In this document: piece after piece, positions 45,712-59,620 of the stretch
Layout: the number at the start of each line of letters is the position of its first letter
Position numbering within the stretch: the first letter of the stretch is position 1
Assembly: GCF_021869535.1 (NCBI RefSeq)
Contig: NW_026262672.1
Span: forward strand, 1,612,001 to 1,676,000
Direction: 5' to 3'
Source: Mytilus californianus
Lineage: Eukaryota
DNA: 64,000 nucleotides
Position numbers and translations under genes: made by a program
The notes under the pieces: generated by a model
What the model saw: only the letters and a program-made list of their open reading frames with translations
Database searches by the model: none
Told to the model about the DNA's origin: nothing

Positions 45712-46186
45712 TTAAACTTCTTCTACACCAGAAAGAGACAGAAGCAGCCGAGGACGAATATCGAGTTGAGAAAGTGATGTAGACCCTGTATCAAATCTTA
45801 CTCCAGAGAAATAAGAACTAAAAGGAACAATAGATCCTGCTAGACGTATTTCATTTTTTGTTTAAATGGACACCTGATTTTTAACGTCCTGAACCAGTGG
45901 TTCTAATTCTGAGGACAGAGCAACAGATCTAACATTAATTAATGCATGTCTCGATAAATTGTTATCACTTCCCATTTTGTTTCATACACTGTAACACAGG
46001 CTAATTTAGAGCACCTCTATTTTATTAGGAATACAAAAACAAATATTTAGAAGTGTACATTAATTGTAATGTTGTTATAACCTTTTATGTAATACTAAAA
46101 TGTATTAATGATCAATGTAAATTTTGTTTTACCTGACAGAGAAGCTTGGCTGTACTGATGCTTATCTTGATGATGGTTATCCCCAT
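45712..46186 (-). other. Two possible spliced exons (46186-46133 and 45839-45712) of an unidentified transcript
   Basis: Good acceptor (ttgtttctgttgtAG) and donor (CAG|GTAAAA); they join in phase 1 and stay open to TAA. No recognisable domain. Confidence 0.3.
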
Positions 46187-48229
46187 CTACAACAGAAACA
46201 AGAAGGTGTGCATGATATTTTGTAATATTTATATGAGCTTTACATCAAAACTTGTAAAATGATTTTTTTCTGGTTTAAATCAGAGATTTTTACAAAAATT
46301 AAAGTTCTATATCTTTATAGCCTAATAACTGGCTTGGTTCATAAAGGGTGTAATTGTTGAATAAAGTTTGAATGAAAAATCAGTTTTTAAATGCTAGCAG
46401 ACAAAATAAACACATTTAACGAACGATGATAAATCATTTTAAAAGCATAGAACATTGCAAATGAAGGGGGATGAAAATAATTAATTTTAGTCTACACATT
46501 TTTATTGTGATCCACTGCAGACATAATGCAAGAGTCTTCTATTGTAAAACAAATTCTAATGACACTAAGGTCAATGGTTGGATCTTTCTTATTATTGTGT
46601 TTATGATATTAGATGGAGTTCGTCACTTTACATGTTTATAGTCTCTAAATACTTCCTTTCTGGACAAGTTATCAGTTATTCTCTATTTCAGATAATTGTT
46701 TCCAGGAATATATCAGATCTAGATTTTGTAAACGTGTTGGAAGTGATGTACAGTGTATTATAAAGTGTGTAAGGTAATGGCATTAAGTATTAATTTAAAA
46801 AATAATATTTCTAGTACATGTGTCTGTAATGTTTAAAATCCTCAATTTTGAACTATTTTCATGTTGTGGGACTTGTAGCACACCTCTATCAGCTACATGT
46901 ATTAATATATTGAAGACTTCAAAGAAAAGCCTTTGAAGCACATTTGAAGAAACTTGACCTAATGAACATTTTTACCCATTTCAGATTTGCTATAATTTGT
47001 TTAGTTTTTGAGATAAAAAAAAAAAAACCCTGCATTTTACCACTGTATACTATTTTAAAACATGGCGGCCATGTTTTGATGAAACAGAAAATAAAACACA
47101 TACTTAATCTAGATACCCTAAGGATCGTTCAGCATAAGTTTGGTTGGACTTGGTTCAATAGTTTCAGAGGAGAAGATGCTTGAAATAGTTTACACCGGAC
47201 GGACGTCATGTGATGGCAAAAGCTCACATTTCCTAAAATTACGGAAAAAATAAAATCACAAAAATACTGAACTCAGAGGAAAATTCAAAACGGAAAGTCA
47301 TTAATCAAATAGCAAAATCAAAAGCTCAAACACATCAAAGGAATAGATAACAACTGTTATTTTCCTGATATCATCGGCCAAACCCAGTCGTCCCCTAATC
47401 TTGAATTCCATACTGAATAAGAGTTTAACGAAATATAATATTCACAATTTCTTCAGTTCTGGGTATTCATACAACAATACATGCGTCAATAATTCTTGTG
47501 TCATAGAATTGATGGTCAATCAGTTAAAACGGTCCACACAATGTTAACAATTAATAATTGTTCCACTTACGGGATCCTTATTCTTGAGGCAAAATGTGCA
47601 GATTTTCTCCTTCGTGCGGTTTTCTAAACGCATTTTTCTCTCGAATAGAATCATGTTATGATAGTAGAGACAGGGCGCTACGTTTTCCTATCTGATCTCG
47701 GACTACTTGTCTACTATTCCGATTTTGTTTCGCGGGGGTGAAGTTGTCATCATTTTCCATCAGAAACATTCGTTATGAATTATTGAGTCGGAAGAACTGT
47801 CGGGACACGGTTGATATATGTATAACCAGAGACATATATACACAGAGATTGGCAACTGTAACAGTAGTCAGCGAAATCCAATTAAAAACACGCATCACAC
47901 GAGACTTTAACGTGATCGCCATTTTGCATCTGATCATGACAAGTTCACCACCGCTTCGATTTTTATTTTACTTCAAGCATTTCAAAACAGCATAATTTAA
48001 GTATATATTTCAATTTCGTAAATTATTTACCTTGTTTTCTTCAGTTTGTAGTAATTGTTAGTTAAACTATTGTGACGATTAACGTTTTATTGTGGTCAAT
48101 AATAAGGGGAAAGCTTGGCCGACATGGACGTTATGAAAATTTTTTACACGGGCGTATTTTTTATAAAAACCTTTTCATTCGAAAAGGAATAAAACCATTT
48201 ATGAGATGAATTACTTTTCCCAAGACATA

Positions 48230-49480
48230 TTGGTTTTGAGTAAATATGTTGAATTTTTCATTAAATCACCCACTTTGATGCAATATTACAATTAAAATTC
48301 AGTGTTCTCGCTGTCGGCCACGTTCAATTTTTTAAATATAAAGACAGGCCCCTGTCCATGTCTACAGTCAATAAACTTTTCCATCTTTAGAGAAAAATTA
48401 TTCCCAGCACATGAATTACTTTCTTATGACATACTGGATTTGTGTATAACAGTTGATTTTTCCATATTTTCACCCATTTTGATGCAATTTACAATTAAAA
48501 ATCACCATTCAAGCTGTCGGCCGTGTTAATTCTCTTCAATATAAAGACAGGCCCCTGTCCATGGCTACAGTCAATTAACTTTTCCATCTTTAGAGAATAA
48601 TTGTTCCCAGCACATTATTACTTTCCTATGACATACTGGATTTGTGTATAACATATTTTCACCAACTTTGATGCAATTTACAATTAAAAATCACCATTCA
48701 AGCTGTCGGCCATGTTCATTCTCTTCAATACAAAGACAGACACCTGCCCATGGCTACAGTTTATAAACTTGTCCATCTTTAGAGAATCATTGTTCCCAGC
48801 ACATGACTGATTGATTGATTGTTGGTTGCTTAACGTCCAGTGGCAAATATTTCATGCATATTCAGGACGAGAACAAGTTCACAATAAATACAATAGGTAG
48901 GTTCTGTAATAGATTAAGGTATTATGGTCGGAGAAATTTAGACTGCCACGGGAAATGAGGGTATATTGGATAGGGACAGAAATTTAGCCTTGCAACAGGT
49001 CACCTACGGACCCCTCAAAGAGTTGTTGCAAGGGTTTTTAACGTGCAAAGAGCATGGCACTCTCTTTACACGAGGCATCGGATTTAACGTCCCCATTCTG
49101 ACCGGACGTGGCTGCAAATTTGTACATCCCGCACAGCCAAACGGACGCCCCACTTTAGCACGGGTTTTACTGCCGGTCGGAGGAAGACCAATGGTGACCA
49201 TACTTCTATTCCCCAGTCACCCTTGGGGGCTCCCAGCACATGAATTACTTTCCTATGACATACTGGATTTGTGTATTTCAGTTGTTTTTTCCATATTTTC
49301 ACCCACTTTGATGCAATTTACAATTAAAAATCACTATTCAAGCTGTCGGCCAGGTTCATTCTCTTCAATATAAAGACCGACACCTGTCCATGGCTACAGT
49401 TTATAAAATTGTCCATCTTTAAATAACAATTGTACCCATCACAGGAATTACTTTCCCAAGACATACCGGTTTTGTGTATA
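48230..49480. repeat. Tandem array of ~155-160-bp units (about 5-6), interrupted by a SINE
   Basis: Recurring AATTAAAAATCACCATTCAAGCTGTCGGCC...CCATGGCTACAG...CCCAGCACATGA. Confidence 0.85.
48807..49229 (-). mobile_element. SINE copy inserted into a tandem array
   Basis: TSD TCCCAGCACATGA (48794-48806 / 49231-49243). Confidence 0.9.
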
Positions 49481-51635
49481 TAAATTGTTTTTTTCATTAT
49501 TTTCACCACTTTGATGACATTTACAAGTTTATATATATTTACATTCAGTATCTGACAGCATTTTTTTTTAACAGGATCCTGCATGTTATAAAAGAACACT
49601 GACAGCATTTTTTTTTAACAGGATCCTGCATGTTATAAAAGAACAAAGATGTTGATCAAATTTACCTAACAGTGCAGCATACAAGAGATGTAATATCATA
49701 CATGTGCTGAATGTAGGACTCCCAAGCCTTTCTGATTGAAAAAAAAGATTCCCTGGCAGACAGGAACAACTATTAGTGATGACTTTTTTCAAATGTTACT
49801 GCACAGTCATGTAGTGGACCGATTACATGTACTACTATCAATGTGATACTTTTTGTAAGAGAGAAAATGACATGTGCTTATCCTGACTGTGAAAACACCA
49901 TATTATTGCAGTTCAAATATCATAGTTCATATGCTAAAGTTGATGTACATGTGTATGCGATTTTCGTGCAAGTGATGGTGACATCATTGAACTAAAAACA
50001 AATACAAGACTCCGCATTCAATCTATTGAATTTGAAACAGAAGTGGCAGTTGTGCAGAGACTATACGGGAAAAATGCAAATAAATATCTTGTGTTCCACT
50101 TCATTTGTCTTCTTTACGTTTACAAAGTATACATGTACATAGTTTTTACATACATGTATAACAATATGATGATGTAGTATGATTGCCAATGAGACAATGA
50201 TTTTCATGTATGACTATCATTGGAAGGCCACTCTATAATATCTTTGTACATCATGAGAATGGAAATGCTACCTTTGTAGCATAAAGGTAGCATAATGTAA
50301 AAAAAGAGAAAATGTTCATTTATTCGACAACACTCCTGTCAGTATATAACTTGACAGTACTGAAGGCAAAAAATTTCGTTTCACAAATTCCTTCCTCTCC
50401 TCGGAAAATAACATATTTAATTGTTTACATGAAATGACAAAATGTGTAGAATAAGAAGCAAGAAATGTCACTCTACTTGTACACTAGTCGCTCATATTAG
50501 TCATCATCTATGTTTGTTTCAGTCCTTTAGCAATGGTGCTTGTTTATATTTATCTGTTGTGTTGTGTTGTTTCAGTTTTACATGTCCTCATTCTGTGATC
50601 ACTATTTCACCTCGCCTGTTTTGAAAAATGTTTATGCAAATATTTTCTGCATGAATAAATTGAAAAGGCACAGATGCTATGACTATTCAGAAATGTGAGG
50701 TATATGCATGTCAATGAGACAACAACCCAACGACAAAAATATTCTTTGCACATCTTTGAATGTTTAAGAATTCTTGTGGAGGTCAAAAGCACATAACGTG
50801 TACTTATATATCCGTGACCTGGTACATGTATGTACCTATTGATGCATTCCGTCCTAAACATAAGTTGTGTGAAGAGACCAAGCAGTTTATATGCTTATAA
50901 AAAAAACTGATATTAAAATGAATTCCTGTTTAACAAATTCCGGGAATGAGACACTATTTTATTTAAACCAGATGAGATATTAGTGGTAAAGGTTTTAACA
51001 GAAGCAGGAGATGTCAAGGGACAATACAAAAAGTACAAGGTCGTGTAACACAGAGGAAAAAATGACAAATGAAAAGAAAATAACATCCCACATAGCACTG
51101 CACCGAAACATAAACCCACAAAAGATCAGATAAAACTTGTCTACAATTTTAAATCTTTCTAATTTCAAACTCGAGTTTCACTACCCGATAGGAAAGAGTA
51201 AAGATAAGGATGTTGCAGTACTTCTGTGGTCTATGAAACAGAACATTAAAATTCTACAGTTCAGCAGAGCATTTTACTGTACTTATGATACACATTGTTT
51301 TTAATCAGGGTCTATGATATTAAGTCTTTAAAAAACTACAAATAATGACAGATTCATATTCAATATTTCATGGCAGCAAAAATGGTGATTTCGACAACAC
51401 TATACATAATGTACGTTCATTTAGGAAATTCATGCATAGGTTCCACAAATAATGTAATTCTAGGTCAATCAAAAATTAAACATTATAATTAAATTAAAAC
51501 AGATATAAAATCAGTTTTCCACGAGACAAAATTCTACTGGCTACATATTTTTTTATATGAAAAAGTTGCTTTCTGATTTCTTTTTTTGACATGTTAAATG
51601 ACTATTTTTGTTCCTGATTGAATACTATAGTAGAA

Positions 51636-52052
51636 TGTAGGACGAAAAGTCACAGGACAAAAAGTCACAATTCAGTTTTCAGATTATTTTTCTCTGAACA
51701 AGAAAACACTAATTTTAAGCAACTTTGTAATTAAAATTTATTCAATAAATATCAATGATGATCAAATAATTGTTATGATAACAAAATGTCAAAGTGGTTT
51801 GGCACTTAAATGGCTTCATGGTGCCAAGAAATGTATTATTAGCATGATTAAAATTTAATAATTTTTCATTTATCAAGAATTATGAACAATTTACTGAACT
51901 TACAAATGAATAAATGTAAAAAAAGAAATTATTTGAAGATCTTTCTCTTATATATTCAAACAATTGTCAGTAAATTATTTGTGACTTTTTGTCCTATCCA
52001 ATTTGTGACTATGTCCTGTGACTTTTTCTCCTGTGACTTTCTGTCCGTTTAC
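51636..52052. mobile_element. MITE-like element with repeated GTCACAGGACAAAAA subterminal motifs
   Basis: Inverted ends GGACGAAAAGTCACAGG / CCTGTGACTTTCTGTCC; reverse-orientation relative of 57688-58171. Relics at ~11340-11390 and ~52975-53410. Confidence 0.7.
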
Positions 52053-54717
52053 CCTATTCATAGTGTAGCCCACTGTTTCTGTTAAAATAAAGTTCAGGTC
52101 ATGGTTAAAATAATATGTCAGAATTTGTTTAATTGTAAAAACAATTACCAAGTAATAATCCACTTAGAACTTCACCTCCGGCAAAATTCAGGTGATCGGA
52201 AGGCAATAAATTGCGTAATCGCACACCTGTGAATCTACAGTCACAACTCTAAGGAAATAATGACCGGAAAATCGGACACACATAATTTCACTGTGTAATT
52301 TAGAAGCAAACTTTAGCAAAGAAATGTTTCTTGTAATATCATGATCATTACCAGATTTTACTTTTAAATTAAAAGAAATGCCGAAAAAAAGAAAAAAAAT
52401 ATTTTCTCAATCAAATACATTAAAAAAATACAACTATTTCAAGTAGTTTTTTTAAGAAAAAGAATATATTTGATTTGAAATAAGTTTTCCTATTACTTTT
52501 CTTGATTAGCTATCGAGGTTATTCATCCCTGACTTGTCTACATGTTGTAGAATAATTATCGACGAGAATCTCATTCCGGGCCGCGTTTTTTAACGGGATT
52601 TCACGGAGTTGCCAATCTCTGTGTATATATGTCTCTGGTATAACATATTGTATTTGCTAGACATCACACATGTATAATTAAAAAAAAATTTGTCGTTGGT
52701 AGCATGGTATAAATGCAGTTCAAACAGATAAATTAAAACGTAGTACATGCGAGACGTCACACAGGTATAAGTAATATAAAAGAGGGGCGAAAGATACCAG
52801 AGGGACATTCAAACTCATAGATCGAAAACAAACTGACAACGCCTTGTCGTTGGTAGTCCTCGAATTCATGCTGATATGGTATAAACAATAGTAATACAGT
52901 ATGGTTGTAATAATATGCAAATTATTTTGTCGTTGTTAGTACTCAAGGTAATTATATTGTGGAGTTGTTAAAACGATAAACGGACTAATAGTCTCAAATT
53001 TGATAGGACAAAAAGTCACAAATAATTTATTGACAATTGTTTGAATATATAAGAGAAAGAACATGAATTATTTTTCATTTTATTACATATATTCTTTTTT
53101 GAAGTTAAGGAATGTGTTCATAAGCCTTGACAAATGAAATTTTTTTTTTTAATCATTTAAACGATATATTTCTTGGCACAATGAAGCTATTAAAGTACCA
53201 AGCTTGCTCCTTTGACATTTTGTTTTCCTAACAGTTAGTTTATCAATATTGATATATATTGAATAAATTGGAATTACAAAGTTGCTTCATATATAATAGT
53301 TCAAGAAAAAAAACAAAACTTAATTTTTAAAATTAAGTGTTTTCTTGTTCAAAGAAAAATAATCTCAAAACAGAATTGCGACTGTTTGTCCTGTGACTTT
53401 CTGTCTTATTTTCGATAAAACCCATGTTTTGTCGATATTTGGTAATCATGTGACTGTATCCGGGGATAACGCTGGTCATTTTGTTCAGTTGGACTGAAAG
53501 AGAGAATTTACAGGTTTATTAAAACGTTTAGCTGATTTCGCCTCAAGATGCTTCACTTTAGGAGTATACAATATCTGTTTGCACCAAACTTGGAAAAAAT
53601 TTGACAGACCTAAAATTCCGGATAATATACAAACTTTCCGAAAAGTCGGGTCTCAAATTTTACAGAGTTTGATGCTAAAATGTGTTATATACTCTCCTAA
53701 ATTTCAATCAGCTACGCGTTATAAAAAAACAGTAGATTATCGTCCGCCTCAGATGGAATTGTAACTTTTTTTTTGCTTTTAACTTTTCTTTGAGAAATTA
53801 TTGGAAATATTTTGCACTAACAAACGCTGAAAAGGTAAGCATTTGTATATATGCTAAAATTTCTAGCCGTAAATGAAAATTTTATGGCTAATTTGGGTAA
53901 CAAAGATAAGAGCAAATTCCCTCTCAAAATCCAACCGAAAAAAATATGGCTTCAGCGTTATGACGTCGCAGGAACGCGTCAAAGCAAAAAATAAAATAAC
54001 CTTACAAGACGTCATAATTATTTCGACTAATCAAGACTGTGATCTTTAAGCACCTATTGTAGCTGAAACCTTATCAGATGAAATAAATTTAATTTTACAC
54101 TTAAAAAGTGTTAGTGTTAGACTGCATACATAGCTTTTTACATATTTTTAATTGTTTTGAAAGGATGATTTTGGTTATTTTAAATTAAAACAGAGAGCTT
54201 TTACATACACAACGTTATTTAATCATTTAAAGTTCAGATGGTCACAAGCGAAATAGAAAAAAAATAACACCAAGGGATGCTTGTTTAACCGACATTTCCT
54301 CTAATATTTAGGTTAATACTGAATGAAGGTAAAAAATTTAAAAAATATGTCATATCAGAATTAAATTTCACGAAAATGATAAAAAAAATATCGAAGAGAT
54401 AATTCAAATGTCAGTGTAACCATTAGGGTTAAGCGAAAACCCAAAGTAAATAAAGGTCTTTCATTCTTATATTTACACAAACATTTTGTTGAAATGATTT
54501 TTACAATATGAAGAGTCTACTAATAACCATATATGTCTCAGAAGTAAAATGGTTTTTTTTTCCTTCCTGGTATCTATTTATCTGGTATCTGCAGTTGATG
54601 AACGAATTTTTTTTCCACGACCATAACACACCATTATCCTGGTATTTTCCAAAAATCGGAATATATAATTGTTCTCAGTGTCCACTTGGAAAGGGTCAAT
54701 GACCGATAGTCGGATGA

Positions 54718-55840
54718 TTAGGTACATGTAGCTTTCTTCTTGGTCCACACTCTCTTTTCGTTTGGGTTTCGCCCAGCTGATTTTGCCAAAGTGGTATTTA
54801 CTGCTAGTGATAGAGAGGGAGTTCTTTTCTTCTTTTTTGTCCATTGTAAATAATCCTCCGATACTCCGACATTCTCGGCAACAGCTAGTACATGATGGCA
54901 TATTTTGTGAAGTTTATTCAAATGACATTCACACTTGATAATTCCTGTCTTCTTCCAAATTTCCACAAAATGGCATGTTTTCGGACGTTTGTAATAACCA
55001 CATGAGTCTGATGAGGAGCTCAGACCATTTGTTACCTCTAAAGGAGTATATATACGGCTACAGCTTTCCTTTGCCTTTGCAGTATAATTGTTAACTTTTG
55101 AAATGTGTTTTTTTTTTTCTCTGATGGATCCTATGTTGCCCATGTAGATATTGGAACTTCAAGATTTCGGAATTCTTCTTTCAATCTTTGATGTCCTTGT
55201 TGCACAATTGCCAACGAAATTTGATTCTTCTGAGTTTTTATGAAATCCTTCAGTTCCTTAAGAAATGATGGAAGTGTCTGGTTCTTTCTGCATACCTTCT
55301 GTAAGGCACTATTCATGCTTTCATTATCATTTGTTGTGTAGCACGCTGATCTTGAAGCCGGGCCAAATTCTTTACAGACTGGATGACATGTGATTGTAAA
55401 CTTATCTGCATGATGTCTCTTGAACCCCTAGCTACCTCCCCTATGTAATTTGTGTATCCATGACCCGGATTGGACACCCGTGATGGCATAAAATAGGATG
55501 CATCACTTTCTACGAAAATTGAGTCGAGTGGCAGCGCCGACACCATTCTTCTCTGCTGTACTTTGGCGATAAAGCCGAAGTACACCCTGTTGAAGGCCTC
55601 CCTCCACAGTCTGGCTTTCTGCCTCCTACCAGAAAAATAGTGAAGGTGTATCTTCTGCCTAGGGCTCACCTTATCATTAACAGTGGCAAAGCATTGCCTG
55701 TGAGCATCTTGACCAAACTGGTCGTTTGGGGCTCCTGCCTTATCTCTGGCTTCCCCGTCCTTATACTCAATCGCGGGTCCATTACAGGAGTATTTTTTTA
55801 TTCCATATCGTTTAAAAGTACTCTGCAATTGGTTACCCAT
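54718..55840 (-). pseudogene. Degraded TatD-like nuclease fragment followed by a SWIM zinc-finger fragment (probably transposon cargo)
   Basis: KIHLHYFSG...VYFGF...LPLDSIFVESDASY (TatD C-terminal HcFtG / ETDaPY pattern); CECHLNKLHKICHH (SWIM C-x-C-x8-C-x-H). Frameshifted. Confidence 0.65.
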
Positions 55841-56658
55841 GAATATGAACCATGATAGACATGCTGAATGGGATGTAAATGGATATGAATCGTTATTATG
55901 CTATATTCGATTAATTTTATTTGATTTCGTTAGATTCCTTTTTCGTTTCGCACAAAATATGCACCCCTATACTTATACCATTACACAAATTCTGCGCCTT
56001 AACATTAGACACAGACAAGTTGGTCTGTATAGGCTAAACATCAATATACTGCTAGTGAAAGAAAGAAGTCAAAGATTTTCGAGGTCATGAAACCTGCATT
56101 AATGTCGTCTGATGAGGAGGATGGGTTCATAACTCATCATAGAATTCCAATAGAATTAATGACTGCAAAATATAATTAGACAATAAATATAAAACTGTTT
56201 GTTTAATGGCCAGTTTTGACATATCACCTACCGCATATCGAGTTTTCGTCACGTGTTTAAAATTCGCCATGTTCGCGGCACCCCGCGCAAACATCCCTGC
56301 ATATTCCTAAATTAACCGCTGTCTTAACGTTTCATACATTATACTGTTAATTGTCTAGTTGAACAGCTCATATTAAGACACTTTTATTTTTTTTTAATGT
56401 TTTTATTCTTTTGTTAGATTGAAGTTTGGTTGCTTAACTTCCTGTTGCAAATCGTCCTGAATATGCATGAAATATTTGCCACTGGACGTTAAGCAACCAA
56501 CAATCAATCAATCAATCCTGTTGCAAATATTACATGCATGTTCAGGACGAGGACAAATTAAAAAATACAATAGGTAGGTCCTCCAATAGAGCCTACAAAA
56601 TTTTAGTATATATTGCAGTATTTGTTTAACACATCTTGTTTTACATAAGTACCTTTGA

Positions 56659-57078
56659 CCCCCAAGGGTGACTGGGGAATAGAAGTATGGTCACCATTGG
56701 TCTTCCTCCGACCGGCGGTAAAACCCTCGTCAAAGTGGGGCGTCCGTTTGGCTGTGCGGGATGTACAAATTTGCTGCCACGTCCGGTCAGAATGGGGACG
56801 TTAAATCCGATGCCTCGTGTAAAGAGAGTGCCACGCTCTTTGCACGTTAAGAACCCTTGCAACAACTCTTTGAGGGGTCCGTAGGTGACCTGTTGCAAGG
56901 CTAAATTTCTGTCCCTATCCAATATACCCTCATTTCCCGTGGCAGTCTAAATTTCTCCGACCTCAATCCCTTAATCTATTACAGAACCTACCTATTGTAT
57001 TTATTGTGAACTTGTTCTCGTCCTGAATATGCATGAAATATTTGCCACTGGACGTTAAGCAACCAACAATCAATCAAT
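56659..57078 (+). mobile_element. SINE copy
   Basis: TSD CATAAGTACCTTT (56644-56656 / 57079-57091). Confidence 0.9.
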
Positions 57079-57687
57079 CATAAGTACCTTTACAATGTAA
57101 GATTTATTAGCATTAGAGAAAAATTACCGTACCAATTTCTTAATTGTATTTGGAAGCTCACTCAAAGAATGTAACAGTTGTCCCGTTTCTTGTTCCACAT
57201 CCAAAGAGAATTTAATGAGGATTGTGGTTAGATTATTTGTGTGAAATTATAATATTCCCGTTATCAGTTTTAAGTATTATTAGCAAATAATTGTAGATTG
57301 CTAATACGTTAAATAGCAGTAATCTTGAAGTTCATACTAATTTAGAGTTTAACGAAATATAAACATTTACAATATCTTCTGTTCTATGTGTTATGTAACA
57401 ATATTTCATACATACTCAAAAATTATACTTGTATCATCACTTTGATATTTAATCATTTTAAACGGTTGACAGAATTACCAATTGTTCCATTACGTCTTAC
57501 ATGATCGAATCATACCATGCCATGAGAGTAATGTAGACACAGGGCTACCTTAAGATATCTGATCATAATACAAATTTGTTTTACGATGAGTACTCCTATT
57601 TCTTTTAGACACATTTGTTCAGTGTCAATGAGAGAAATCGTTGACCCGTCGGGAAAGCAGAACATTGAGGATTTTGTTCGCTAATCG

Positions 57688-58171
57688 GTAAACGGACAGA
57701 AAGTCACAGGACAAAAAGTCACAGGACATAAAGTCACAAATTTGATAGGACAAAAAGTCACAAATAATTTTTTGACAATTGTTTGAATATATAGGAATAA
57801 GATCTTGAAATATTTCTTTTTATTACATAAATTCATTTTTAAGTTTAGTGGATTGTTCATAAGCCTTGATAAATGAAAATTTATTAAATTTTAATCATTC
57901 AAAGGATATATTTCTTGGCACCATAAAGCCATTTAAGTACCAAGCCACTTTGACATTTTGTTTTCATAACAATTATTTGATCATTATTTTATTGATATTT
58001 ATTGAATAAATTTTAATTACAATGTTGCTTTATATATAATAGTTCAAGAAAAAAAAAAAAAAAAAATTTTTTTAAAATTAGTGTTTTCTTGTTCAAAGAA
58101 AAATAATCTCAAAACTGAATTGTGACTTTTTTGTCTGTGACTTTTTGTCCTGTGACTTTCTGTCCTACATT
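57688..58171. mobile_element. MITE-like element (same family as 51636-52052)
   Basis: Inverted termini GGACAGAAAGTCACAGGACAAAAAGTCAC at both ends. Confidence 0.72.
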
Positions 58172-58186
58172 CCGCCCCCCCCCCCC

Positions 58187-58565
58187 CCCCCAAGGGTGAC
58201 TGGGGAATAGAAGTATGGTCACCATTGGTCTTCCTCCGACCGGCAGTAAAACCCGTGCTAAAGTGGGGCGTCCGTTTGGCTGTGCGGGATGTACAAATTT
58301 GCAGCCACGTCCGGTCAGAATGGGGACGTTAAATCCGATGCCTCGTGTAAAGATAGTGCCACGCTCTTTGCACGTTAAGAACCCTTGCAACAACTCTTTC
58401 AGGGGTCCGTAGGTGACCTGTTGCAAGGCTAAATTTCTGTCCCTATCCAATTAAACCCTCATTTCCCGTGGCAGTCTAAATTTCTCCGACCTTAATCCCG
58501 GAAGCCCCTATTACAGAACCTACCTATTGTATTTATTGTTAACTTGTTCTCGTCCTGAATATGCA
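58187..58565 (+). mobile_element. SINE copy, tail missing
   Basis: Head preceded by an extended C-run; the 3' end is replaced by a Penelope-type repeat. Confidence 0.85.
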
Positions 58566-58569
58566 AAAC

Positions 58570-58720
58570 CGAGTTTTGGTCCTCGGTGCTCTTCAGCTTT
58601 GTACTTGTTTTGGCTTTCAAACTTTTTTCATCTGAGCGTCACTGGTTGGTCTTGTGTGGACGAGGCGCACGTCTGGCGTATTGAATTTTAAGCCTAGTAC
58701 CTTTTGTTAGCTATTATTCG
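58570..58720 (+). repeat. Penelope-derived repeat with a degenerate hammerhead (core mutated)
   Basis: CTGAGCGTCACTGGTTGGTCTTGTGTGGACGAGGCGCACGTCTGGCGTA at ~58632-58680 aligns to the 45047-45101 motif, with CUGAUGA and GAAA both mutated. Confidence 0.6.
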
Positions 58721-59234
58721 TGTGTTTCTTTGTATTGTGGTCCTGTCATGTGATGTTGTCGTTTGGTGTTGTGTTTAACGTTGCCATAAAAGCGGGAGGT
58801 TTGGCATGCCACAAAACCAGGTTCAACCCACCATTTTTTTCTTAAAATGTCCTGTACCAAGTCAGGAAAATGGCCATTGTTATAATATAGTTCGTTTCTG
58901 TGTGTGTTACATTTTAATGTTGTGTTTTTGTTGTGTCGTTGTTCTCCTCTTATATTTGATGCGTTTCCCTCAGTTTTAGTTTGTAACCTGGATTTGTTTT
59001 TATCTCTATCGATTTATGAGTTTCGAACAGCGGTAAACTACTGTTGCCTTTATTTATATTATGACACACGACTAAAAATGCCTTCTGTTTATTTTTTGTT
59101 TGATCATTACAAACTACTTGACATCAGGGATTTCTTTACTAACTAGAAAGTCCCTGTTGACATGTTAACTTAATTAAAACGTGAAAATAGGGAAACCAAC
59201 CTGTATTTGCATTATCAATTGTGTATTGGAATGG

Positions 59235-59620
59235 TCTGTTGACTTAAGTCCTTTGTACTAGTTCATCACCAAATTGTGTATCTCCACTTTCTGGAAGTTC
59301 AATTTTGACTTTAGACCTTTGTGCAAGATCATCACTAAATTGTGCATCTCCGGATTTTGGAAGCTCAGTGTTGACTTATGACCATTTTACAAGTTCATCA
59401 CTAAAATGTGCAGGGGCGGATCCAGTCATTTTTAAAAGGGGGGGGGGGTCAAAATATGTCCCCATTCAAATGCATTGATCGTCCAAAAAAGGGCGGTTCC
59501 AACCCCCCGAACCCATCCCCCCCCGCCCCCTGGATCCGCCACTGATGTGTATCCCCACTTTCTGGAAGCTTAGTGTTGACTTTAGACCTTTGTACAAATT
59601 CATCACTAAATTGTGTATAA
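59235..59620. repeat. ~67-bp tandem repeat (about 4 units) containing a 134-bp MITE at 59411-59544
   Basis: MITE TIRs CAG(G/T)GGCGGATCCAG; ATGTG duplicated at 59406-59410 and 59545-59549. Confidence 0.7.

Noticed and set aside
290-58450. Recurrent 'MDRDRNLALQQ…' and 'MVTIGLPPTG…' ORFs
   Set aside because: All lie inside SINE copies, start at TTG or on both strands, and have variable ends running into flanking DNA; they are chance frames in a repeat.
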